A stretch of DNA of 64,000 nucleotides from Alphaproteobacteria bacterium (GCA_965225945.1 CBDDBZ010000039.1:608001-672000), one strand, 5' to 3'; positions 51,809 to 62,223 are shown, counted from the stretch's first letter. Numbers and translations: made by a program. Notes: generated by a model not told the origin, from the letters alone.

Positions 51809-53113
51809 TCAGGTCGGTTTGGTGCCCACCGCGCAGTGCATCGGGCGGGCGAGATACTGCGTGCCGGCGGCGACGGCCGCCGCGAGCGCGCGATGCCAGA
51901 CCGTCTTCTCCGCCGCGTCGAGCAGCGACAGCACGTGCGGCTCATAGTAGCGAAAGCTCGGATTGTTCACGTCGTCGACCGCCATGTAGGCGGGATAGAG
52001 CCTGAGATCGCCGAGCCCGGCGGCGGCGAAGCGGTCGTAGAGGCTGGCGTCGGCGCAGCCGTCGGCGCTGACCGAGCGAATCGGCGCCTCGACGCGCTCC
52101 CGGATGTCGTCGGGAAGCGGCAGGTTCCAGATCATCGGCCGGTCGACCGCGCGCACCACCGCGCCGACCCGCCCGCCGGGCCGGGTGACCCGAATAAGCT
52201 CCCCCAGCATGGCGTCGGCGTCGCCTTCCTCCATCACCGTCAGGCAGAGCGTGACGTCGAAGGAGCCTGTCTCGAAGGGGAGCTTGGTGGCATCGCCCGG
52301 CCCGAAGGCGATGCGGTCGCCGACGCCGTCGCGCGCCGCCAGCGCCCTCGCCTCGCCCAGCAGGAAATCGTTGACGTCGACCGCCGTGATCGGCGCCGTC
52401 GTCGGGATTGTCGTCGCCAGCCACCTGGCCACCGCGCCGGTGCCGCAGCCGACCTCGAGCAGGCGCTCGCTTTCGTCGAGCGCGATCTCGTCCATCAGGC
52501 TCCGTAGCACCCGGCGATAGCCGGAGCCGGTGCCGCGTCCCTCCAGCACCGCGACCATGCCCAGGCGGTCGCCACCGGTGAGGACGACGGCATGATCCTC
52601 GGCCAGATCCTCGATGATTGCGTCCCACTGGCCGGGCGACAGCAGCATCGGCATCAAGATCAGGGCGGGACCGCGACCCCGGACGCGGTAGGTGATGCCC
52701 TCGACCTCGCCACGGGCGCCGTCGAGGTCGAGGCGGCTCGCCGGTGCCTCGTCCTCGCGCTTCGCGAGGAAGGCCCGCATGGCCGCCAGGATCTCCCGCT
52801 TGCGCTCGCCGACCACGTCGGTCCAGGTCTCGCAGCGATAGTTCCGGAAGCGATGGGCCTCGGCGTCCGGAAGGTCCGAGATCGCGCGTTCCGTGGCCTG
52901 GGCGGAATATCCCACCTCGCCGGTGAAGACCAGGAGGCGCCCGCCCAAGCGGGCCAGCCGGGCCGTGTCGGTCCGGTTGGGCGCCATCAGCGTCAGCGAT
53001 GCCAGGCGGTCGACCGCGCCGTCGATCAGCGCCTCGAGGTCGGGCTGAAACTGCGTCGCGATATGGGCCCGCTCGATCCCCAAGCGCTCGAATAGCGCCG
53101 CCATTCCGTCCAT
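51809..53113 (-). CDS. Degenerate alpha/beta-hydrolase-like domain fused to class I SAM methyltransferase
   Basis: C-terminal LLEVGCGTG, GDATKLPF..GSFD, RVTRPGG; N-terminal hydrolase-like segments. Confidence 0.8.
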   Translation of the reverse strand: MDGMAALFERLGIERAHIATQFQPDLEALIDGAVDRLASLTLMAPNRTDTARLARLGGRLLVFTGEVGYSAQATERAISDLPDAEAHRFRNYRCETWTDVVGERKREILAAMRAFLAKREDEAPASRLDLDGARGEVEGITYRVRGRGPALILMPMLLSPGQWDAIIEDLAEDHAVVLTGGDRLGMVAVLEGRGTGSGYRRVLRSLMDEIALDESERLLEVGCGTGAVARWLATTIPTTAPITAVDVNDFLLGEARALAARDGVGDRIAFGPGDATKLPFETGSFDVTLCLTVMEEGDADAMLGELIRVTRPGGRVGAVVRAVDRPMIWNLPLPDDIRERVEAPIRSVSADGCADASLYDRFAAAGLGDLRLYPAYMAVDDVNNPSFRYYEPHVLSLLDAAEKTVWHRALAAAVAAGTQYLARPMHCAVGTKPT

Positions 53114-53220
53114 GTCCGATCCCTCCCCTGGTCCGGCGCCATTCCAGCGCCAGAATTGCGCTTTCGCAAGCGGTGATGGCGCCCCTTATAATGGGCCGCG
53201 CCAAAGAAGCGGGGAGCGGA

Positions 53221-54876
53221 ATGCAAGGCAGCATCGACGCCGTCGATCTGGGGATCATGTGGGATCGGCTGATCGCCATCACCGACGAGATCGTCTCGAC
53301 CCTGGTGCGCACCTCCTTCTCGACCATCGTCTCGGAGAGCTACGACCTGACCGTCGTGGTGCTGGACGCGGACGGACGCTTGATGGCGCAGGGCGCCTAC
53401 TCCATCCCGGTCTTCATCGGCACGGCGCCGCTGACGCTCCGCCATATGCTTGAACGTTTTCCGCCGGAGAGCCTGCGGCCCGGCGACGTGCTGGCGACCA
53501 ACGATCCCTGGCTCGGCACCGGCCACGTCTTCGACATCTGCGTCATGCGGCCGGTGTTCCAGGGCGGCCGGATCGTCGCCTACACCATGAGCATCACGCA
53601 TCTACCCGACGTCGGCGGCATCGGCCTCTCCGCCGCCGCCTCGGAGATCTATCAGGAGGGCCTCAGGCTCCCGGTGGTAAAGCTGGTGCGGGAAGGCCGG
53701 CTCGACGAATTTCTGGTCGACCTGATCCGGACCAACGTCCGGATGCCGGAACAGACCATGGGCGACGTGCTGGCCAACATCACCGCGGTCGAGGCCGGCG
53801 AGCGCTTTCTGCAGGAATTTCTGGAGGCGTACGAGATCACCGATCTGGGGCCGCTCTCGGCGGCGATCCGCGAAAATTCGGAAGCGGCGATGCGGGCCAA
53901 GATCGCTGAGATGCGCCCCGGCGTCTACCGGAACGAGATTCGCATCGAGGGGATCGACGAAGCGCTTACCATGGCCTGCCGGATCGAGGTCGGCGACGGC
54001 CGAATCGAGATCGATTTCGCCGGCACCGGCCCCGCTGTCAACCGCGCCATCAACGTGCCGTTCTGCTACGCCAACGCCATGGCGCTCTATTCGATCAAGT
54101 GTCTGACCATTCCGGCGATCCCCAACAACGAAGGCTCCGTCGCCCCGGTGACGGTCCGCGCACCCGAGGGCTCGATCCTGAACGCGGTGCCGCCCGCAGC
54201 CACCGGCGGGCGCCACATCATCGGCCACTTCGTGCCCTCGGTGATCTTCGGCGCGCTTGCCCAGGCGGCGCCCGATCATGTGCAGGCCGACAGCGGCATG
54301 GTTGACATCGTGACCTTTCAAGGCCGCCACGCGGACGGCCGCGAGGTCGCCACCCTCTATTTTGCCTCGGGCGGCTTCGGCGCGCTCAGGGGCCGGGACG
54401 GGGCGAACGCGACACCCGGCCCCTCCAACATCGCGGTGGTTCCGGTCGAGGTCTGGGAAGCGCTCACGGCCGTGACCATCGAGCGCAAGGAGATGCTGGC
54501 CGACAGTGGCGGCGCGGGCGAAGCGCGCGGCGGTCTCGGCCAAGTGGTGGTGATGCGAAACGACAGCGGCCATCCGATGACCATCTTCTGCATGGCCAAC
54601 CGGACGGAATTTCCTCCGCTGGGCCATGCCGGCGGCCTCGACGGCCGGCTTCGCGAAACCCGGATCAACGGCGAGGCGGTGCACCCCAAGGGCCAATACA
54701 TCCTGGCGCCGGGCGATTCGCTCGCCCTGTCGCAGGCGGGCGGCGGCGGCTTCGGCCCGCCGGGCGCGCGTCCGCCGGGCGCCATCCTCGCCGATCTGGC
54801 CGAGGGCTGGGTCACGCCGGAGGGCGTCTTGCGCGACTATGGGATCGAGATCGAGACGGTGGAGGCGGCCCGATGA
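53221..54876 (+). CDS. Hydantoinase B/5-oxoprolinase family subunit
   Basis: LVRTSFSTIV.ES.D, NDPWLGTGH, HLPDVGG, IYQEGLRLP, DSGGAG..RGG, GGGGFG. Confidence 0.92.
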   Translation: MQGSIDAVDLGIMWDRLIAITDEIVSTLVRTSFSTIVSESYDLTVVVLDADGRLMAQGAYSIPVFIGTAPLTLRHMLERFPPESLRPGDVLATNDPWLGTGHVFDICVMRPVFQGGRIVAYTMSITHLPDVGGIGLSAAASEIYQEGLRLPVVKLVREGRLDEFLVDLIRTNVRMPEQTMGDVLANITAVEAGERFLQEFLEAYEITDLGPLSAAIRENSEAAMRAKIAEMRPGVYRNEIRIEGIDEALTMACRIEVGDGRIEIDFAGTGPAVNRAINVPFCYANAMALYSIKCLTIPAIPNNEGSVAPVTVRAPEGSILNAVPPAATGGRHIIGHFVPSVIFGALAQAAPDHVQADSGMVDIVTFQGRHADGREVATLYFASGGFGALRGRDGANATPGPSNIAVVPVEVWEALTAVTIERKEMLADSGGAGEARGGLGQVVVMRNDSGHPMTIFCMANRTEFPPLGHAGGLDGRLRETRINGEAVHPKGQYILAPGDSLALSQAGGGGFGPPGARPPGAILADLAEGWVTPEGVLRDYGIEIETVEAAR

Positions 54877-56507
54877 CGACGCGCGAATTCGACGCGGTCA
54901 ACCTCGGCATCATGTGGGACCGGCTGATCTCGATCACCGACGAGGTCACCTCGGCGCTGGTCCGTAGTTCCTTCTCCACCATCGTTCGCGAAAGCGGCGA
55001 TCTCTCCGTCGTGCTGCTGGACGCGGCCGGCAATGCGCTGGCCCAGGGTCACTACTCCGTGCCCTCCTTCACCGGCACCGCCGCGCCGACGCTTGGGCAC
55101 ATGCTGCGGCGCTTTCCGCCCGAATCGCTTCGCCCCGGCGACATCATCGCCACCAACGATGCCTGGATGGGGACCGGCCACCTCTACGACATCAACGTCA
55201 TGCGGCCGGTCTTCAAGGGCGAAATAATCGTCGGCTACACCATTTCGATCACTCATTTGCCGGATATCGGCGGGCCCGGCTTCGGCGCTAGCGCGACGGA
55301 GATCTATCACGAGGGCCTGCGCCTGCCGATCTGCAAGCTGGTGCGCGAGGGTGAGTTGGACGAGACGGTGATCGATATCGTCCGCAACAACGTCCGGGTG
55401 CCGGAGCAGGTGTTCGGCGATCTGATGGCCAACGTCACCTGCAACGAGGTCGGCGGCCGGCAGTTGCTGGAGTTCCTGGACGAATACGGACTGGACGACA
55501 TCGAGGATCTGTCGCGGGCGATCCGCGAATCTTCCGAACGCGCGCTCCGCGAGCGTATCGGCGAGATCCCCGAGGGCGTCTATTCGAACGCGCTCCAGAT
55601 CGAGGCGATCGACGAGCCAGTGACGCTTCGCTGCGAGGTGACGGTCCGAGGCGACGAGATCGCGATCGACTTCGCCGGCACCGGGCGAACCGTGCCGCGC
55701 GGCATCAACGTGCCGTTCTGCTATACCCGCGCCATGACGCTCTACGCGGTGAAGTGCCTCACCGTGCCGAGGATGCCCAACAACGAGGGGGCTGTGGCGC
55801 CGATCAGCGTCACCGCGCCCGAGGGCTGCATCCTCAATGCCCTACCGCCGGCGGCGACCGGGGGCCGGCACGTGATCGGCCATTTCGCCGTGGCTTGCGT
55901 CTTCGGCGCGCTGGCCGAGGTGGTGCCGGCAATGGCGCAGGCCGATTGCGGCCTGATGAACCTGGTGACCTTCCAGGGCCGCCATCGCGACGGGCGGCGG
56001 ATCTCGACGATCTATTTCGCCTCGGGCGGTTTCGGCGCGCTCGAGGGCCGGGACGGCGCCGAGGTCACGCCCGGCCCCTCCAACATGGGCTCGGTGCCGG
56101 CGGAGATGTGGGAATCGCTCACCAGCACGACGATTGTGGAGAAGCGCCTGCTGCCCGACAGCGGTGGTGCGGGCGCGGCCAGGGGCGGGGCCGGCCAGGA
56201 GATCACCTTCCGCAACGATAGCGGCGAGGACATGCAGCTCTTTTGCATGGCGGCCCGCACCGAGTTTCCGGCCCGGGGCTTCCTCGGCGGTGGCGAGGGT
56301 GGTTATCGGCAGATCCTGATCAACGGCGAAGTGGTGCATCCCAAGGGCACGCACGTCTTGCGGCCGGGCGACAGCTTCACCATGCGGGAAGCCGGCGGCG
56401 GCGGTTTCGGCGACCCGCGCGCGCGGCCGAGGGCGCTGGTGGCGGTGGACGTCGCCGCCGGTCTGGTCACGCCCGAGGCGGCGGCACGGGACTACGGGCG
56501 GGGCTGA
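54873..56507 (+). CDS. Hydantoinase B/5-oxoprolinase family subunit (close tandem paralog)
   Basis: Same motifs; ATGA overlap with the previous gene. Confidence 0.92.
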   Translation: MTTREFDAVNLGIMWDRLISITDEVTSALVRSSFSTIVRESGDLSVVLLDAAGNALAQGHYSVPSFTGTAAPTLGHMLRRFPPESLRPGDIIATNDAWMGTGHLYDINVMRPVFKGEIIVGYTISITHLPDIGGPGFGASATEIYHEGLRLPICKLVREGELDETVIDIVRNNVRVPEQVFGDLMANVTCNEVGGRQLLEFLDEYGLDDIEDLSRAIRESSERALRERIGEIPEGVYSNALQIEAIDEPVTLRCEVTVRGDEIAIDFAGTGRTVPRGINVPFCYTRAMTLYAVKCLTVPRMPNNEGAVAPISVTAPEGCILNALPPAATGGRHVIGHFAVACVFGALAEVVPAMAQADCGLMNLVTFQGRHRDGRRISTIYFASGGFGALEGRDGAEVTPGPSNMGSVPAEMWESLTSTTIVEKRLLPDSGGAGAARGGAGQEITFRNDSGEDMQLFCMAARTEFPARGFLGGGEGGYRQILINGEVVHPKGTHVLRPGDSFTMREAGGGGFGDPRARPRALVAVDVAAGLVTPEAAARDYGRG

Positions 56508-56516
56508 GCCGGGCCG

Positions 56517-57209
56517 ATGCGCCTCGCCGGGTGGCTCGTCGCGCTCCTGATTCTTTATCCGGGTACGGGCGCCAGGGCCGAGGCCCGCGAGGTCGACCTG
56601 GAGCTGGTGCTGGCGCTCGACGTCTCGTCCTCGATCTCGGCCGCGGAATACCTGTTGCAAGTCGAGGGCTTGGCGGCGGCCTTTCGCAGCCCCGAGGTGG
56701 GGGAGGCAATCGCTGGCTTCGCGCCGCGCGGGATCGCGGTGGTGGTGCTGCAATGGGCGAGCGTCGGCGAGCAGCGCCGGATGGTGCCGTGGCGCTGGGT
56801 GCGCGATGGGGCGAGCGCCGAGCGCTTCGCCGCCGAGATCGCGGGCATGCGCCGCATCGGCCACGAGGGGGTGACGGCGATCGCGCTGGCGATCGAGCGC
56901 TCCCGGCGGCTCTTCGGGGGCAATGGTTTCGAGGGCGCGCGCCGGGTGATCGACGTCTCGGGCGATGGCCACTCCAACCAGGGCCCGGCGGTCGGGCCGG
57001 CGCGCCGGCGGGCGGAGGCCGACGGAATCACCATCAACGGCCTGGCGATCGTCAACGAGCAGCCCCGCCTCGACGAGTATTATCGTCGCAACGTCATCGC
57101 CGGGCCGGGCGCCTTCGTCATCGAGGCGGCCGACTACGACGACTTCGCCCGCGCCATCCGCGCCAAGCTGGTGCGCGAGATCCGCGGCGCCGGGTTGGCG
57201 CTGAGGTGA
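56517..57209 (+). CDS. DUF1194 (vWA-like) exported protein
   Basis: Signal peptide; VDLELVLALDVSSS, VIDVSGDG..N, ITINGLAI, VIAGPGAF. Confidence 0.88.
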   Translation: MRLAGWLVALLILYPGTGARAEAREVDLELVLALDVSSSISAAEYLLQVEGLAAAFRSPEVGEAIAGFAPRGIAVVVLQWASVGEQRRMVPWRWVRDGASAERFAAEIAGMRRIGHEGVTAIALAIERSRRLFGGNGFEGARRVIDVSGDGHSNQGPAVGPARRRAEADGITINGLAIVNEQPRLDEYYRRNVIAGPGAFVIEAADYDDFARAIRAKLVREIRGAGLALR

Positions 57210-57276
57210 AGGTGGGCGACGCCGGAACCTGGAAGCTGATGAAATTCGCGAAACGCTTGCGGAAAATCACGGACGA

Positions 57277-57933
57277 TCAGCCGCTACCTTCGCCTCGCCC
57301 CCACGTCGTCGCCAGGCGGTGGTCGAAGTTGCGCCGCCAGATCGGGGCGATGATCGGGTGGCGGGCGACGCGATGGGTCAGGTCGTCGCAGCGCGGCAAG
57401 TCGTGGCCGCCACCCTGCCAGGCGTTCAGCATGGCGAGATAGACGTCCGCCAGGGACATCGAGTCGCCCAACAAGAACCCACCCGGCCGGAGTTCGCCCT
57501 CGATGAGGCCGAGGCCGTCGGACATACGTTTCGTCGCGGCCTCGGCGACGCCGGCGGCACCGGCGGAGTCGGTGGTGAATCGTTCGGGATATCCCTTGCG
57601 GATCTCGCTTTCGTAAATGTTGGCGCTCATGAAGACGATCCAGCGCAGGAACACCGCATGCGCCGTCGTCCCGGGTGTAGGTCCAAGCTCCTTGTCCGGA
57701 TGACAGGCCGCGAGATGGACGAGGATGGCGGCCGTCTCGGTCATCATGGTCCCGTCAGGCATCACGAGCACCGGCACCTGGCCCCAGGGATTGATCCGGC
57801 GAAAGGTCGCCGGCAGCGGCGTGCCGGGCACCGAGTCCAGCCTGACGAGTTCATGAGGGACGTCCGCCAGCGCCAACGCCGCCTCGACGACGAAGCCGCC
57901 CGAGCCTTCACGATTGTAGAGCTTGTAGGCCAT
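57277..57933 (-). CDS. Glutathione S-transferase family protein
   Basis: INPWGQVPVL, ETAAILVHL, LLGDSMSLADVYL. Confidence 0.9.
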   Translation of the reverse strand: MAYKLYNREGSGGFVVEAALALADVPHELVRLDSVPGTPLPATFRRINPWGQVPVLVMPDGTMMTETAAILVHLAACHPDKELGPTPGTTAHAVFLRWIVFMSANIYESEIRKGYPERFTTDSAGAAGVAEAATKRMSDGLGLIEGELRPGGFLLGDSMSLADVYLAMLNAWQGGGHDLPRCDDLTHRVARHPIIAPIWRRNFDHRLATTWGRGEGSG

Positions 57934-57978
57934 CCTCGAATTTCTCTTCTCCAGAGGCCCGAGGTCGTATTGCAGGAT

Positions 57979-58009
57979 GGAACTACGTCGCTCCAGCCGA
58001 CGTAGCTCC
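57979..58009 (-). terminator. Hairpin just after the hydantoinase A stop
   Basis: GGAACTACGTCG-N7-CGACGTAGCTCC; no strong U-tract. Confidence 0.4.
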
Positions 58010-58011
58010 TT

Positions 58012-60096
58012 CTACAGCGCGATGACGATATTGCCGTAGTCGTCGAGCCGCGCCGTCGCGCCCGGCGGGATGACGGTGGTGCTGTCGTATTCCTCGACGA
58101 TGGCCGGGCCCTCGCGGCCCTCGGCGAGCTCGCGCCGGGCCAGGATCGGGGTCTCCAGCCAGCCCATGTCGGGGCCGAAATAGGCCTTCCGCGCGCCCCC
58201 GCCCGAGGCTTCCTCCCGCTCGGCGACGACGCGATCCGGCACGTTCGGGCGGTCGGGCAAGCCCTGGCCCACGACCTGGACGTTGACCAGCTCCACCGGC
58301 TCCTCCGGTCCGGCCCGGTGGCCGTAGGTGGTCTCGTGCTCCTGGCCGAAGGCCTCGTCCATCGCCGCGACCGCGGCCGCATCGATCTCGCCGTCGGCCA
58401 CCGGCACGGTCAATTCGTAGATCTGGCCCTTGTAGTGCATGTTGGCGGCGCGGCGGGTCAGAATTTGATCGTCGCGGAAGCCGTCGGCGCGTAGCTGCGC
58501 CCGGGCCTCGTCCGCCATCGCCTCCCAGACCTGGTGCAATTCGGCCGGGTCGGCAGTCCTGAGCATGCGGCGGAAGGTCCTGGAGTAGTGGTGCTCCACG
58601 TCGGCGTAGAGGAGGCCGAAGGAGGAAAACAGCCCGGCCGAGGGCGGCACCACGATCCGCTTCATCGCCAAGGCCTCCGCCATGGGGACGGCGAACAGCG
58701 GACCGTTGCCGCCGAAGGCGAAGAGTGTGTATTCACGCGGATCGCGCCCGCGCTCGCTGGAGACCGCCTTGATCGCCCGGATCATGTTGGAGCCGGCGAT
58801 CAGATGGGCGCCGTGCGCGGCGCGGGCGAGCTCGAGGCCCATAGGTTCCGCCACCCGCTCGGCGAAGACTTCGCGCGCCTTCTCGGCATTGAGCTTCAGG
58901 TCGCCGCCGATCAAATGCGAGGGGTTGAGGTAGCCGAGGATCAGGCTGGCGTCGGTGATGGTCGGGTCCTCGCCGCCGCTGTCGTAGCACACCGGGCCGG
59001 GCTCGGCGCCCGCGCTCTCGGGCCCCACCCGCAGCGAGCCGGCGGCATCGATCCAGACCTTGGAGCCGCCGCCGGCCCCCACCTCGGCCAGATCGATCGA
59101 CGGGATCTTCAACATGTAGCCGGCGCCCGTCAGCAGGCGCGAGCCGAGCATGATGCCGCCGCCGACCTGGTATTCCTGGCTCCGCGTGACCTCGCCGCCC
59201 TCGATCAGCGCCGCCTTAGCGGTGGTGCCGCCCATGTCGAGGGTGATGACGTTCGCGAGGCCGATCTTGGCCGCCAGCGCCTGGGCGCCGACGACGCCGG
59301 CGGCGGGGCCGGACTCGATGATATTGGCCGGCAACCGGGCCGCCACTTCCGAGGTCGTGAGACCGCCGTTCGACTGCATCAGCAATAGCGGCGAGGTGAT
59401 CGAGGCGTCGTTCAAGTCGGCGCGTAGCTGGGTCAGATAGCGGGCGACCACGGGTAGGATGTAGGCGTTGATGACGGTCGTCGAGGTCCGCTCATATTCC
59501 TTGATCTCCGGCAGCACGTCGAAGCTGATGCAGCAGGGAAGCTCGGGCGCCTTGGCTTGGATGATCTCCTTCAGGCTTTGTTCATGCGCCGGATTGGCGA
59601 AGGAGTTCAGCAGGCAGACCGCGATCGCCTCCACCCCCTCGGCCAGCAGCGAATCGACGGTGGCCTCCGCGTCTAGGGGATCGAGCGCGGTCAGGACCTC
59701 GCCGTCGACGCTCACCCGTTCGTCGACGACATGGCGCAGATAGCGCTCGACCAGCGGCGGCGGCTTTTCCCAGTGCAGGTCGTAGAGCCTGGGCATGCGG
59801 AGATTGCGGATCTCCAGGACATCGCGGAAGCCCTTGGTGGTGATCAGGCCGGTGAGCGCCCCCTTGTGTTCCAGGATCGCGTTCGAGGCCACCGTGGTGC
59901 CGTGGCGGATCTCCTCGACGTCGGCGCCGGAAAGCCCGGTATCGGCGAACACCTCCCGCAGGCCGCCGGCGATGGCGTGGGCGTAGTTGTCGACGCTGGA
60001 CGAAACCTTCTTGGTGTGAAGCTGTCCGTCGGGCGCGAGAAAGACGATATCGGTGAAGGTGCCGCCGATGTCGACACCGACGCGAAGGTTCCCCAT
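58012..60096 (-). CDS. Hydantoinase A/5-oxoprolinase ATP-binding subunit
   Basis: GVDIGGTFTD, HGTTVASNA, EYERTSTT..NAY, ESGPAAG, DMGGTT, GAGGGS. Confidence 0.94.
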   Translation of the reverse strand: MGNLRVGVDIGGTFTDIVFLAPDGQLHTKKVSSSVDNYAHAIAGGLREVFADTGLSGADVEEIRHGTTVASNAILEHKGALTGLITTKGFRDVLEIRNLRMPRLYDLHWEKPPPLVERYLRHVVDERVSVDGEVLTALDPLDAEATVDSLLAEGVEAIAVCLLNSFANPAHEQSLKEIIQAKAPELPCCISFDVLPEIKEYERTSTTVINAYILPVVARYLTQLRADLNDASITSPLLLMQSNGGLTTSEVAARLPANIIESGPAAGVVGAQALAAKIGLANVITLDMGGTTAKAALIEGGEVTRSQEYQVGGGIMLGSRLLTGAGYMLKIPSIDLAEVGAGGGSKVWIDAAGSLRVGPESAGAEPGPVCYDSGGEDPTITDASLILGYLNPSHLIGGDLKLNAEKAREVFAERVAEPMGLELARAAHGAHLIAGSNMIRAIKAVSSERGRDPREYTLFAFGGNGPLFAVPMAEALAMKRIVVPPSAGLFSSFGLLYADVEHHYSRTFRRMLRTADPAELHQVWEAMADEARAQLRADGFRDDQILTRRAANMHYKGQIYELTVPVADGEIDAAAVAAMDEAFGQEHETTYGHRAGPEEPVELVNVQVVGQGLPDRPNVPDRVVAEREEASGGGARKAYFGPDMGWLETPILARRELAEGREGPAIVEEYDSTTVIPPGATARLDDYGNIVIAL

Positions 60097-60199
60097 GGCG
60101 TGGCTGTTCCTGGTTGTCGATAAGGAGGACGGGTCGGGACGCGCCTCGTCCAGGGCGTAGTCGCTCGAGGTTGCGCGCTCGGTTGGGTCGGGACGCCGA

Positions 60200-62005
60200 T
60201 CACTCGGCCGCTTCGACCGAGGCCAGGTCGGTCCAGGCGTCGGTCCAGGTGACCGGCGCCGGCTCGCCCGCCGGCCGGGCCGCCCGCATCCTCGCGCGAA
60301 GCTTTGCCGTCGCCGCCTCGTCGACCCGCCAGGCCTCGGCGTCGACGATCACGCCATAATCGGCCCGCGCGCGGGCCAGGCTCAGGAACTCGTTGCGCAC
60401 GTCGCTGAGCACTGCCGCCGGCTCCCGCTCCAGCGGGTCGCCCCAGCCGCCGCCGCCCGCCAGCTCGTGGCGGAAGACGTCGCCCCGCTTGATCTCCATG
60501 GTGAGCTTGGTGGGCAGCTCCCGGTTCGCACCGTCGGGGTCCATGAAATTGAGCGAGGGCTGGCCCGCGCCGCCGCCATAGAGGCCATAGGGCCGAAAGC
60601 GCCTGCGGTCGGAGCGGACTTGCAGGATGCCTTCCGCCTCCAGGAACTCGTAGTCGCGCCGGTAGGGGACGCCGCCGCGATATTTGCCGATGCCGGCGCG
60701 GTCGGGGATGAAATCGTAGGAGCCGATCCTGATCGGGTTCTCCGCCTCCGTCACCTCGACCGACTGCGAGGCCATGTTGGCGAACATGTTGGAGTTGCCG
60801 TCGAGGCCGTCCGACCAGGGCCGCCCGCCCCAGGTGCCGCAGGTGAAGTCGACGTAGATGAAGGGGTTGCGGTCGTCGTCGTAGCCGCCGATGGAGACCC
60901 CGGTGTTGCCGCCGTCGGAGGCGGCGAAGACCCGGTCCGGGACCATCATGGCGAGCGCGCCGAAGGCGCAGTCGACCATGCGGAAGCCGGTCAGGCCGCG
61001 CGCCGCGCAGGCCGCCGGCAGCACGCCGTTGGCGATGGTGCCGGGGGGCGCCGTCACCTCGATCACCCGGAAGACGCCCTCGTTGTTGGGAATGCCGCCG
61101 GGCAGGATCGAGCGGATGGCGGTATAGGTCGCGGCCTTGGTGAAGGAGAGCGTGTTGTTGATCGCGCCCTTGACCTGGGCCGAGGTGCCGGTCCAGTCGA
61201 CCTTCATCGAGTCGCCCTGCTTGTGCATGGTGACGAAGAGGCGGATCGGCTTGTCGCGATCGATGCCGTCGTCGTCGATCCAGTCCTCGAAGCTGTAGGT
61301 GCCGTCCGGCAGCTCCGAGATCGCCGCCCGGGTCAGCCGCTCGGCATAGTCGATCACCTCCGCCATATAGAGCTTCACGGTCTCCTTGCCGTAGCGCTCG
61401 ATCAGCTCCATGAACTGCCGCTCGGCGATGGTGCAGGCGGCGAGCTGGGCGCGGAGATCGCCGAACACCTTGACCGGCACCCGGACGTTTTTCTCGATCA
61501 TCGAGAACATGGTCTCGTTCCGCTTGCCGCGATCGAACAGCTTCAGCGGCGGGATGCGCAGGCCTTCCTGATAAATCTCGGTGGAATCGGAGGCGTTGGA
61601 GCCAGCGACCCGGCCGCCGACGTCGGTGTGGTGGCAGATGGTCGCGGCGAAGGCGATCCGCTCGCCGTCGACGAAGAGCGGCTTGAAGATGAAGATGTCG
61701 GGGAGATGCATGCCGCCGTCGAAGGGGTCGTTCAGGATGAACATGTCTCCGGGATTTATTTCGCCGGCGAAACGTTCGACGATGACGTCGAGCGCGGTCG
61801 GGATCGAGCCCAGGTGGCCCGGCAGCGTCAGGCCCTGCGCCACCAGCTTGCCCTCGGCGTCGGCGAAGGCGGTGGAGAAGTCCATGTTGTCGCGCAGCAC
61901 GGAGGAATAGGTGGTGCGACAGATGGTCAGCGCCATCTCGTCGGCGATGGAGAAGATCGAGTTCTTGAACAATTCGAAGGCGATCGGATCCTGGATCTCG
62001 GTCAT
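60200..62005 (-). CDS. Hydantoinase B/5-oxoprolinase subunit (partner of the downstream A subunit)
   Basis: NDPFDGGMHLPD, HHTDVGG, EIYQEGLRIPP, GGGGWGDP. Confidence 0.94.
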   Translation of the reverse strand: MTEIQDPIAFELFKNSIFSIADEMALTICRTTYSSVLRDNMDFSTAFADAEGKLVAQGLTLPGHLGSIPTALDVIVERFAGEINPGDMFILNDPFDGGMHLPDIFIFKPLFVDGERIAFAATICHHTDVGGRVAGSNASDSTEIYQEGLRIPPLKLFDRGKRNETMFSMIEKNVRVPVKVFGDLRAQLAACTIAERQFMELIERYGKETVKLYMAEVIDYAERLTRAAISELPDGTYSFEDWIDDDGIDRDKPIRLFVTMHKQGDSMKVDWTGTSAQVKGAINNTLSFTKAATYTAIRSILPGGIPNNEGVFRVIEVTAPPGTIANGVLPAACAARGLTGFRMVDCAFGALAMMVPDRVFAASDGGNTGVSIGGYDDDRNPFIYVDFTCGTWGGRPWSDGLDGNSNMFANMASQSVEVTEAENPIRIGSYDFIPDRAGIGKYRGGVPYRRDYEFLEAEGILQVRSDRRRFRPYGLYGGGAGQPSLNFMDPDGANRELPTKLTMEIKRGDVFRHELAGGGGWGDPLEREPAAVLSDVRNEFLSLARARADYGVIVDAEAWRVDEAATAKLRARMRAARPAGEPAPVTWTDAWTDLASVEAAE

Positions 62006-62223
62006 CGGCGTCAGTCCCACTGAATGTGCCCGCTGGAGCACGGTCGGCGAAGCTTACCGATCCGCCGCGCCTCCGTCCAGGCCGGACGGGCGGCGGCCGA
62101 TGCCCGGGGTCGTGGGCCAAGGCAACGGCGTCTCGCCCATGGCGACCTTTCGAATTCCGACCGACCCGCTATGATCATCCCTCGATATGCGCTTTGACGC
62201 CAAGCGGCGAGGGGAGGGACGTG

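Noticed and set aside
60121-60196. Perfect TAAGGAGG and a 12-bp direct repeat GGGTCGGGACGC (60131, 60185) between hydantoinase B and A
   Set aside because: The SD is on the non-coding strand with no following start; two short GC-rich copies are insufficient for a repeat or CRISPR call
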